Part shown: in pieces, positions 40,253-51,041 of the stretch | Numbering within the stretch: position 1 is the stretch's first letter | Layout of the letters: every line of letters begins with the position of its first letter | Assembly: GCF_035084215.1 (NCBI RefSeq) | Contig: NC_090340.1 | Coordinates: forward strand, 3,968,001 to 4,032,000 | Direction: 5' to 3' | DNA length: 64,000 bases | From: Heptranchias perlo | Lineage: Eukaryota | The notes under the pieces: generated by a model | What the model saw: only the letters and a program-made list of their open reading frames with translations | The model's database searches: none | What the model was told of the DNA's origin: nothing | Translations under genes and position numbers: made by a program

Positions 40253-41215
40253 TCATAGCATCATAGACTGGTTACAGCACAGAAGTAGGCCATGCGTCCC
40301 ATCGAGCCGGAGCCAGATCCGGTCGTTTTATGTGCAATCCAGTTAGTCCCATTCGCCTGCTCTTTCCCGGTAGACCTACAATATTTTTCCCTTCAAGTAT
40401 TTATCCAATTCCTTTAAAGTCATGATTAAATCTGCTTCCACCACCTTTCAAGCAGTGCATCCAGACCATAAATACTCGTTGCATAAAAAAGATTTTGCTC
40501 ATTTAACCTTTGGTTCCTTTGCTAATCACCTTAAATCTGTATCCTCTGGTTCTCGACCCTTCCGTCAATGTGAATAGTTTCCCTTTATTTACTTTATCAG
40601 AACCCTTCATGTCTTTGAACACTTCTATCATTTCTCCTATAAACCTTCTCCCCAAAGGAGAAAAATCCCAGCTTCTACAGTCTATCCACGTGATAGAAAT
40701 CCCTCATCCCTGGAACAATTCCAGTAAATCTCCTCTGCACTCTTTCCAAAGCCTTCACATCCTTCCAAAAGTGTAGTGCCCAGAATTGGACGCAATACTC
40801 TAGCTGTGGCCGAACCGGTGTTTTCTAAAGCTTCAACATAACATCCTTGCATTTGAACCCTATGCCTCTCTTTTCAAGCCCAGGATCACGTATGATGTTT
40901 TAACTGCTTTCTTAGCCTGTCATGCACTTCAAAAGATCTATGCACATATACCCCCAGGTCTCTCTGTTTCTACACCCCCTTTAGAATTGTACCATTCAGC
41001 TTATTTTGCCTCTCCTAATTCATTCTATCAAAATTTATCACTTCGTACTTCGCTGTAAAATATCATCCACCACCTGTCCGCCAATTCCACCAGCATGGGA
41101 TCATAGAATTGTTGACATTTACGGCACAGAAGGAGGTCATTCGGCCCATCGTGTCTGTGCCGGCCGGAAAAAAAGATATCCAGCCTAATCCAACTTTCCA
41201 AATCTTGGTCCACAG
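40253..41215 (-). mobile_element. CR1 3' fragments
   Basis: CATAG tail repeats at 40253 and 41101, CR1 3' hairpin and RT C-terminal similarity to 22770-23600. Confidence 0.78.
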
Positions 41216-41217
41216 GG

Positions 41218-44200
41218 TTTTTTTTTTATTCGTTCATGGGATGTGGGCGTCGCTGGTGAAGCCGGCATTTATTGCCCATCCCTAATTGCTCTTGAGAAGG
41301 TGGTGGTGAGCCGCCTTCTTGAACCGCTGCAGTCCGTATGGTGACGGTTCTCCCACAGTGCTGTTAGGAAGGGAGTTCCAGGATTTTGACCCAGCGACAA
41401 TGAAGGCACGGCGAAATATTTCCAAGTCAGGATGGTGTGTGACTTGGAGGGGAACGTTCAGGTGGAGTTTTTCCCATGTGCCTGTTGCTCTTGTCCTTCC
41501 AGGTGGTAGAAGTCGCGGGTTTGGGAGGTGCTGTCGAAGAAGCCTTGGCGAGTTGCTGCAGTGCATCCTGTGGATGGTACACACTGCAGCCACTGTGCGC
41601 CGATGGTGAAGAGAGTGAATGTTTAGGGTGGTGGATGGTGTGCCAATCAAGCGGGCTGCTTTATCTTGGATGGTGTCGAGCTTCTTGAGTGTTGTTGGAG
41701 CTGCACTCATCCAAGCAAGTGGAGAGTATTCCATCACACTCCTGACTTGTGCATTGCAGATGGTGAAAATGCTATGGGGAGTCTGGAGGTGTGACACTCG
41801 CCGCAGAGTACCCAGCCTCTGACCTGCTCTCGTAGCCACAGTATTTATATGGCTGGTCCAGTTAAGTTTCTGGTCAATGGTGACCCCCAGGATGTTGAAG
41901 GTGGGGGATTCGGCGATGGTAATGCCGTTGAATGTCAAGGGGAGGTGGTTAGACTCCCTCTTGTTGGAGATGGTCATTGCCTGGCACTTATCTGGCGCGA
42001 ATGTTACTTGCCACTTATGAGCCCAAACCTGGATGCTGTCCAGGTCTTGCTGCATGCGGGCTCGGACTGCTTCATTATTTTAGGTGTTGCGAATGGAACT
42101 GAGCACTGTGCAATCATCAGCAAACATCCCCATTTCTGACCTTATGATGGAGGGAAGGTCATTGATGAAGCAGCTGCAGATGGTTGGGCCGAGGACACTG
42201 CCCTGAGAAAGTACTGCAACAATGCCCTGGGGCTGAGATGATTGGCCTCCAACAACCACTACCATCTTCCTTTGTGCTAGGTATGACTCCAGCCACTGGA
42301 GTGTTTTCCCCCTGACTCCCATTGACTTCAATTTTACTAGGGCTCCTTGGTGCCACACTCGGTCAAATGCTGCCTTGATGTCAAGGGCAGTCACTCTCAC
42401 CTTTGGAATTCAGCTCTTTTGTCTATGTTTGGACCAAGGCTGTAATGAGGTCTTGAGCCGAGTGGTCATGGCGGAACCCAAACTGAGCATCGGTGAGCAG
42501 GTTATTGGTGAGTAAGTGCCGCTTGATAGCACTGTCGACACCTTCCATCACTTTCCTGATGATTGAGAGTAGACTGATGGGGCGGTAATTAGTCGGATTG
42601 GATTTGTCCTGCTTTTTGTGGACAGGACTTACCTGGGCAATTTTCCACATTGTCGGGTAGATGCCAGTGTTGTAGCTGTACTGGAACAGTTTGGCTGGAG
42701 GCGCAGCCAATTCTGGAGCACAAGCCTTCAGCACTACAGCTGGGATGTTGTCGGGGCCCATAGCCTTTGCTGTATCCAGTGCACTCAGCCGTTTCTTGAT
42801 ATCACGTGGAGTGAATCGAATTGGCTTAAGACTGGCTTCCGTGATGGTGTGGATATCGGGAACATAAGAACATAAGAAATAGGAGCAGGATTAGGCCAAT
42901 CGGCCCCTCGAGCCTGCTCCGCCATTCAATAAGATCATGGCTGATCTGATCCGAACCTCAAATCTAAATTCATGTCCAATTTCCTGCCCGCTCCCCGTAA
43001 CCCCTAATTCACTTTACTTCGAGGAAACTGTCTATTTCTGTTTTAAATTTATTTAGTGATGTAGCTTCCACAGCTTCCTGGGGCAGCAAATTCCACAGAC
43101 CTACTACCCTCTGAGTGAAGAAGTTTCTCCTCATCTCAGTTTTGAAAGAGCAGCCCCTTATTCTAAGATTATGCCCCCTAGTTCTAGTTTCACCCATCCG
43201 TGGGAACATCCTTACCGCATCCACCCGATCAAGCCCCTTCACAATCTTATATGTTTCAATAAGATCGCCTCTCATTCTTCTGAACTCCAATGAGTAGAGT
43301 CCCAATTTACTCAACCTCTCCTCATCTGTCCACCCCCTCATCCCCGGGATTAACCGAGTGAACCTTCTTTGTACTGCCTCGAGAGCAAGTATGTATTTTC
43401 TTAAGTATGGAGACCAAAACTGTATGCAGTATTCCAGGTGCGGTCTCACCAATACCCTATATAACTGCAGCAATATCTCCCTGTTTTTATATTCTATCCC
43501 CCTAGCAATAAAAGCCAAAATTCCGTTGGCCATCTTGATCACCTGCTGCACCTGCAAACTAACTTTTTGATTTTCTTGCACTGGGACCCCCAGATCCCTT
43601 CATACTGCAGTACTTTCCAGTTCCTCGCCATTAAGATATTAACTTGCTCTGTGATTTTTCCTGCCCTAGTGCATAACCTCACATTTTCCAATATTGTATT
43701 GCATCTGCCAAATCTCCGCCCACTCACCCAGCCTGTCTATATCCCCTTGTAGGTTTTTTATGTCCTCCTCACTCTCTACTTTCCCTCCCATCTTTGTATC
43801 ATCTGCAAACTTTGATATCTTACACTCGGTCCCCTCCTCCAAATCGTTAATATAGATTGTAAAGAGTTGGGGACCCAGCACCGACCCCTGCAGAACACCA
43901 CTGGCTACAGGTTGCCAGTCCGAGAATGTACCATTTATCCCAACTCTCTGCTTCCTGTTAGATAACCAATCCTCCACCCGGTGGGACAGGACATACCCAG
44001 GGATGGTGATGGAAGAGTCTGGGACATTGGCTGAAAGGTATGATTCTGTGAGTATGGCTATGTCATGCTGTTGCTTGACTAGTCTGTGGGACAGCTCTCC
44101 CAATTTTGGCACAAGTCCCCAGATGTTAGTGAGGAGAAATTTGCAGGATCGACTGGGCTTGGTTTCCCTTCGTCGTATCCGGTGCCTAGTGGTCCGATGC

Positions 44201-44560
44201 CGGGTTGTCTGTCCGGTTTTTTTCTTATTATGACTTTTCGTAGCTTGATTTTACAACTGAGTGGCTTGCTAGGTCATTTCAGAGGGCATTTAAGAATCAA
44301 CCACATTGCTGTGGGTCTGGAGTCACATATAGGCCAGACCGGGTAAGGACGGCAGATTTCCTTCCCTAAAGGACATTAGTGAACCAGATGGGTCTTTCCG
44401 ACAATCCGGTAGTTTCATGGCTACCATTACTGATACTAGTATTTTAATTCCAGATTTTTTATTTAATTAATTGAGTTTAATTAATTAATTGAATTTAAAT
44501 TCGCCAGCTGCCGTGGCGGGATTTGAACTCATGACTCTGGATTTTTCGTCCAGGCCTCTT
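41218..44560 (-). mobile_element. LINE-B with both ends present (tRNA-like head, 5' leader, APE start, RT, poly-A); the middle is replaced by a CR1 at 42861-43978
   Basis: Poly-T at 41218-41227; RT ORFs 41282-42761; APE N-terminus FLLTNIWGLVPKLGELSHRLVKQQHDIAILTESYL at about 43980-44140; B-box GAGTTCAAATCCC on the minus strand at 44518-44530. Confidence 0.85.
42861..43978 (-). mobile_element. CR1 LINE nested in LINE-B
   Basis: (CATAAGAA)n tail; ORF 43009-43581; same subfamily as 13881-15730 and 63055-63400. Confidence 0.9.
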
Positions 44561-44689
44561 GAGGTTGCCGGTTACTGCATTTCAACTTCATAACCACATA
44601 ATTTTCGAATGTGATGAGGGTTTCTGCCTTTCGGGCAGTGGGTTCCAGACCCCCACCACCCTTTGGATATAAAATAATCTCCTCAGCTC

Positions 44690-45370
44690 GATGTTCTCAA
44701 TCACCCACACATCTCCGTCTATGACGCCTTTGTCCCCATTAAAACCCTTACTCTTCTACATCCTGTTAGTTCCCCCTGGTACGGCCCCTATCTTCGCTAC
44801 CTCAAGCCAAAAGGGTTTGACTTCAACGTTTCTGGTGAACAATTAGTTTAGCCATTCATCGTCAGATCTGGCTGGAATACGTCAAGCACTCCTGGGCACT
44901 GCTCTCCTGTGCCAAAGCTGCTCACTACTTCTAAGTCATCCTGGAATGGAAATATAACACCCGCTTCTCTTCTCCACTACTGGCCATCTCCTTGAAATAA
45001 TCTCCCCTGCTCCTCAAACACCTTCGTTTCTAACAAGTGTCAGGAACTCAAGGATTTTTTTTGTCAGTGAGATTTAGACTGTCCATTTAGCTGCCTCTGC
45101 TGTATCCCTCCCTTCCCAGAACTCACCAATTCAACGTTGCAAAAGTTTCCCCCTACCCTAGCCCTGAACCCACGTCTTTATCCAGTTTATATCCTATCTC
45201 CCCTCATGATATCTCCAAGCTCATCTTATCTATGAGACCCACCTTCTGCTCTCTCGACCCTATTCCCATTAAACAGCTGACCATCCAACTTCCTTTCCTG
45301 AGCTTCATGCGAGATGACATTGTATATTGTTCACTTTTCTGTGGTACTGTGCGCCCTCGCTTTCAAAACT
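44690..45370 (+). mobile_element. L2-like LINE ORF2 relic
   Basis: PWY..LR.LK.KG, IWL.., and CSLDPIP.K.L motifs typical of the L2 region before RT; many stops. Confidence 0.6.
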
Positions 45371-46242
45371 GCATTCAGTCTGAATTGTTCCAATTTACCG
45401 AGGTATCTATGATTTTATGGTGTCCTGAGTGTCCTGACTATCTTCTCACCTCCTGACAAACTCTGAATCCAGTCATTAGCGCCAAGAAGTCGAACCTTCG
45501 GAAAAGTTAGCAAATGGGGACTAAATCTTGAGAACCATTGTTTATCATTACTGTTTAGACTCAATTTCATAACTTCTATGAACGTGGCTGGTGTCCAGAG
45601 AGCCCATCAATTTCAACAACCAAGTTCTGTTGAATGTCATGAGTATTTTCTCCAGTCGGTGTGTACCTGCCTCGGTACAAAGGGACCCGTGTAATCAAAA
45701 ATGCAATTTTCTGCCGATTTTTCCCCTCCAGAAAGCCGGGATTTTGGATCAATTGTACCGAACGATCCAAGCTCAGGTCAGCCAACTCAGAACAGAGTCG
45801 GGTTCGAACGATGCGAACTTCAGCTCTGTGTGGTTCAGTACTTCACCACGCAATAAATGGGGACAGAGCGAAAGAGCCAGATACAGACCGCATTCACGAC
45901 ACCTGCACATGCGTATCTGCAACAGGTTTGCCAGCGATGCGATAAGTGAAGCGCTGTTGCAATTAGAAACTTTTCACGTAATTCAAAATAGTTCCATTTT
46001 CCCGCGGTCACCAATGAGATCTGGGTCATTGTAACTTTCAGCGTGTTGTCACATCTCCGTCCGCATACCTGCCATAAAAGTGAACCGGTTCATTGAAGCT
46101 ATTGCCTCAGATAACTTGTGGAGCGCCTGACTGTAACACTCAGTCCCAGATTATCTTCACCATCTCTCGATGTCCTGCACCCTTCAGTGTTTCCCGCTGA
46201 CTTACAGCAAACAAGTGATCGACTTCATCGCTGTTGCTCAGA

Positions 46243-46297
46243 ATGTCTACACGTGATGTGTTGCGATACCTCTCAGCTCTGGCCATTATTTGCACAG
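46243..46297 (+). CDS. Gene C, leader exon
   Basis: ATG 46243; MSTRDVLRYLSALAIICT(G)|GT; 55 nt, phase 1. An Arg lies at the start of the hydrophobic core, so the signal peptide is weaker than in gene B. Confidence 0.75.
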
Positions 46298-46497
46298 GTT
46301 TATTTATGTATACCTATCTGTTAAGTGGGAAAACGTGAATAAAAAGTCAATTCGCATTGTGGAGGCAGCTTCTCTTCAATGTTTATTGCAATTTTCTCAT
46401 TTCCTTTCGTTCTACTTCTGCCGCATTATTTCCTCCCTTTTGATCCCCACGATCACTATCCCTGACTATAACCTGTGTTTGTGTTTATTTCTGACAG

Positions 46498-46818
46498 TTA
46501 TTAATGGGACCGCTCTCACAGTGCTTCAGCTCCCTGCCCGCCTGACTCCGGTGAAAGGTACAAATGTATCCATTTATTGCTCTTTCCCGCTTTTCGATCG
46601 CAACGCATTGGTGGATGTTTACTGGCGGAGAGCCGGCCAGGACGGGATTTTGGATTCGAGTGTAGACAAAAGGAAAACATTTATACCATTCAAGAAAGGA
46701 TCTGCCGAGTTTCACCTGCTGAATGTAGGTTTCCAGGACTCTGGAGTCTATTATTGCAGCATGAGAGATTGGAGAGGAAAGATTTCCAACGGGAATGGGA
46801 CTGAGCTTATTGTGTATG
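46498..46818 (+). CDS. Gene C, intact VJ-type Ig V-set exon (SIRP/NKp30-like)
   Basis: 321 nt, phase 1-1, AG...GTGAGT. VINGTALTVLQLPARLTPVKGTNVSIYCSFPLFDRNALVDVYWRRAGQDG...AEFHLLNVGFQDSGVYYCSMRDWRGKISNGNGTELIVY has the B-strand Cys, C-strand Trp, DSGVYYC and a germline-joined GxGT-x-L-x-V J-like strand. Confidence 0.92.
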
Positions 46819-47489
46819 GTGAGTGTCGCTGAGGGTTAATGAACCTTCGTAAAATTTTATGAGTATAGATTAGAGAATATTTAACAAAGATCAGCAATGC
46901 ATTTTCTCTCAGTTCGGTTCGGTGCGCCTCTTTTCCCCCTATTTAGTTGTTAGTTTACACAGAGCAGCACCGATTACCCTGCACGGGTCAGTGGAATTCA
47001 GATTGTCTGATTTCAGTCAATCGTTGCTCTCTTATCCGGTATAATTTACTTAAATCTGTTTCACATCACATATTTACAAATAGAAACTGTTGAGTAACTC
47101 TTCTGTTTACTTTTAAACAATTATCGATAAAGCAAGGGGTGTATTAGACTCTGAACCGCATCCAGTCTGGCATCACTTCTTTCAATCTCGACCCGCCTTT
47201 TACCGACATTCCGGAGTCCATGGACATTTCCCGAGGGCCTGATGATTCAAACCTGGGATCCAGCAGTGAAATTGTCAGTAACTTTTCGTACATAGATGCA
47301 AGTATTACACAGAGACAGGGGAATAGGACTGAGAGGAGCACAGCAAATCCAGGAGATAACCATAAAATAATCAACCGGACAGAGATGAGTGACAGGGTAA
47401 CGCTGAATAAAATTGTACTGCATAAAATTCGAGATTGTACGTCCACTAACTTTAAATTTTTTTTACACCTATATATTTTTTTAAACGCA

Positions 47490-47870
47490 TAGATTTATTT
47501 ACACTGATTATAGATTGTACTCTCACTGAGAGATTTAATTACACTGATTATAGATTTCACTCATACGGATAGATTTTTATACTTATTATAGGATTTCACT
47601 TACACGGATAGATTTATTTACACTGATTATAGATTTCACTTACGCGGATAGATTTATTTACACTGATTATAGATTTCATTTACACGGATAGATTATAGAT
47701 TTCACTTACACAGATAGATTTGTTTACACTAATTATAGAATTCAGTTGCACTGAGAGATTTATTTACACTGCTTATAGATTTCACTTACACGGATATATT
47801 TATTTACACTGATTACAGAATTCAGTTACACTGATAGATTTATTTATACTGATTATAGATTTTACTTACG
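47490..47870. repeat. 40-bp minisatellite (TAGATTTATTTACACTGATTATAGATTTCACTTACACGGA), about 9 units
   Basis: GATTTATTTA recurs at 47611 and 47651; the unit is a dimer of about 20-bp TAGATTT subunits. Confidence 0.88.
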
Positions 47871-50759
47871 GAATGTAATCCTGTAATCTTGTCGGACAAG
47901 GCTGGACTTCTGATGTCCACTTGAGGCACTTTATCCAAACTGTGGATCTGTTCCAAATACAATAGACCTGGTCAGTAAAAAGCTCCACCTTTAAAATTGA
48001 TAATTTTTAATTCGACACCAGAAGGTTAGAGACGAGATTGCAATTGAGAATCTGAAGAAGGGGGAATGGGGTTTTCAAACATGGGATAAGGAACATTTCC
48101 ATAAAATAGATATAAATCCATACCGCGCGGCCCATGCGTGGATCATCTCCTGTCCCAATTCAGTCTGTGTTTCGAATAGTATCTCGGCGGGAAAGCCGAA
48201 GTATTTCCCATGGATCCCAGTGTCAGTGTGGGAATCATGTTTGAAATGAGGGATGGAGCAGGGGTTTCGGAGGACAAATTCATGAAACGAGATCACCTAA
48301 GGAAAAGGAGTTAACAAACGCGAGTAACCATCTGAGATGAGAGGGTCTGCAATTAAAAGATGGAAATATCTTCCGCGCCCTTTGGTGGGGTGGGGGGGTG
48401 GTGTTTACTGGAAAATACCAGTTGCTGGGATGCTGTTTGGGATGTAGTCGGAGACACAGTTCAGGCAGGTATGAGATCACTGTCAGGCAGTTAGGAACAT
48501 TGATCGAAGAAGAAGGTTTTGAACTCGGGGTGAAATATTGCCTGAAAAACCAGAGTTAGTGACTGATGGGTTTACATTTCTAAACGAACAGAAGGTTTGT
48601 TTACGGGGGACGGGGGGGGGGGGCTTTATCTGAGGCCGGCAACCAACGGAGCTCCTGAACATAGGAGCTGGATTTTTTATGGGGATTTTAACAGTTATGA
48701 GCGGGAATATCAGCGTTGAGGTAGAATTAAGGTAAAGTGAACAGTTACCGTACGGAAAGCGAATGATTACTCCGTCAGTTCCAAAATCCAACTATGACCT
48801 GGTCGATCTGATGGAGATTGGAATGACCTAAAAAAACTAAAGTTCTCACAAGCGGTCTATGGTCTTGGGGTAATTCTCAAAAGTTAAAACTCCTCAATTA
48901 AATGAGAGAATAAAATGTCAAAGTAAAAAAGAAAGTAGACAAAGGGCAGATCTTGACTTTGTGCGATAGTGTGAAACAACTGTTGGGAGTCGGCGGCTAT
49001 GGAAATCAAAATGGGGAGAGATGTAAAACGGGCTGCCGATTCGCTATCACCTCTTTCATACTATGGCAGAAAATCAAGATCAACCTCAAGAAGCGGGTCT
49101 GTGGGAGGATTGGGATGAGCAATATCTGATACGGTTACATGCGGTGGACCCTGATCCGTCCCACAGGGGTCTGTACTGGACCAGTAGACCCAGTAGAAAT
49201 ACACTTTAATTCTGATCATTTATTATTCAAAGAGCCTCCACAGGAGGCGAGCCTATCGGGATAATGGGATTCAGAGTGGGGTTGGATTCTAATTTTCCCA
49301 TTAACAAACCGTTGACTAGCCCACAGCCGAGGAGTCAGTGTCAGTGTGAGTGTTCCTTTAGAGAAAGACCATTAATTCTAAGGAGAAAATGCAAAGCGAA
49401 TTCAGTGACATGATCCGAGGGATGAGAGAAGATGATTATCTACTGATCTGTTTAGGAGAAACAATGGGTCATAAACTTAGAATCAGATCTTGAAACAGAA
49501 AGGTGAAGGGAGAAGATTCATCTTCACTCCACGGTTGATTAGAGTATGGAATTGATCGGCGCACGAGGCTACCGAAGAGAATCAAAGACAAGGTTTCGGG
49601 GAGAATTCGACCAACAGTTGAAGAAAAATGCATGGAGAAAGGAAAGGGAAAGGATTGGGGTAGAGGGCTGGGAGCTGGACTGTGGCGGCCCGGGCACGTT
49701 GCCTCCGACTGTGCTTAACTTTCTATGAATTCACTCGAAAACAAGGAGGATAAACGAGACAGGCAATCCGAGCGAGGCGGGGCTTCGGGGGTACCCAGCT
49801 TATCCCGATCAAGATATGGGTTAAACATAGGCCATTTCACAGGGTCAGATTTCTGCCCACAATCCCGCCCCTCAAGGCTCCCAGTCGGGAGCGCAGTCTC
49901 CCTGAATTGACTTGTTCCCAAAGATGTCATTGAAACGGATCTCTGTTACAGCAGAATCTCCGCCTTATCCGTCATATTTGTGAGCTGGTTATTTTGATAT
50001 GATTTGGCCGCCACATCGATCTGCAAATTGTACCTGAACAAGAGCGAAGTGTTGAAGTCATTCATACAGATCGACTACAGGCGTCAGGACCTGATTATCT
50101 CGGAAATGAACCGAGTGTGTGAGCTCTGGTATCGGACAGCCTCACCGCTGTTAGACACTGACAACAATTCCAAGACTGGAACGGAGACAATGGGTGATAG
50201 CGAATCGGCAGCCTGTTTTACATCTCTTCCGATTTTTATTTGCATTGAAGTCAGTGGAATGAAAAATCGGGAAATTTAAACGGGAAGTGGATTCGCTATC
50301 ACCCGTTTTACACAATCACACGGTCAAAATCTACTCCAATTACTTTTCGTATTGTTCTATTAAGTTAACACGCAGTCTGTGAACCCATATTAGTGAAGGT
50401 AATGTCTCCCTGTTAGTGACTCTGAAGCCTATTTAAAACCGAATGTGCAAGTCACAGTGAATCACCTGCAGAAATAGGCACGGGTTCTGTTGAACTTGGA
50501 CATTAACTTTCAATGCCCAGACATGGGGGCCTTCCCGTTTACCGAGTCTTGGATCAAGACAAGAACGAAATAAATATCACTATTCACTGTTTTGATCAAA
50601 ACAGCCATTCGTTATGAATTCTAATATGGCGGTAAAATTTCCCTTTTAAAGGGACTCTGCAGATGCTCCATGCTCTCCCTTCTCGCCGTCTGTTCTTTCC
50701 TTTCTCTAATATAATATACGAGTAGTGATTTCAACTCAACTCCTTTAACTCCTTTCCAG

Positions 50760-51041
50760 TGCCGCCAACTCCTGTGAACATTACCCGCCTGCTCTCTCCG
50801 TCTCTCACACTCCTCTGTACAACAGCTGTTTTTTTCCCCGAGGAGTTGAACCTCACTTGGTATCAAAATGGCTCCGAAATTACATCTGGGATAAACACGG
50901 TGCAGACACGGAGCGAAGAGGGATTGTATCAAGTTTCCAGCTCCCTCATCTCTGTGCAGAGCAGGACGGTTTATATCTGCCGGGTGTCCCATGCCTCTCT
51001 CCCGGCTCCAGCCAACGCCAGCGACACGGTTCATGATCCGG
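50760..51041 (+). CDS. Gene C, C1-set exon
   Basis: 282 nt, phase 1-1, donor GTAAG; VPPTPVNITRLLSPSLTLLCTTAVFFPEELNLTWYQNG...YICRVSHASLPAPANASDTVHDP. Confidence 0.9.

Noticed and set aside
43666-44112. Novel APE-RT fusion ORF
   Set aside because: It is a chance in-frame junction between the LINE-B endonuclease start and a nested CR1 RT fragment.
46498-46900. Rearranging Ig/TCR V gene segment
   Set aside because: The J-like strand is in the same exon, followed directly by a splice donor. I saw no RSS, and the paralogs carry their own TM and tyrosine-motif tail.
47490-47870. CRISPR-like array
   Set aside because: Head-to-tail tandem units with no unique spacers, in a eukaryotic intron, with no cas genes.
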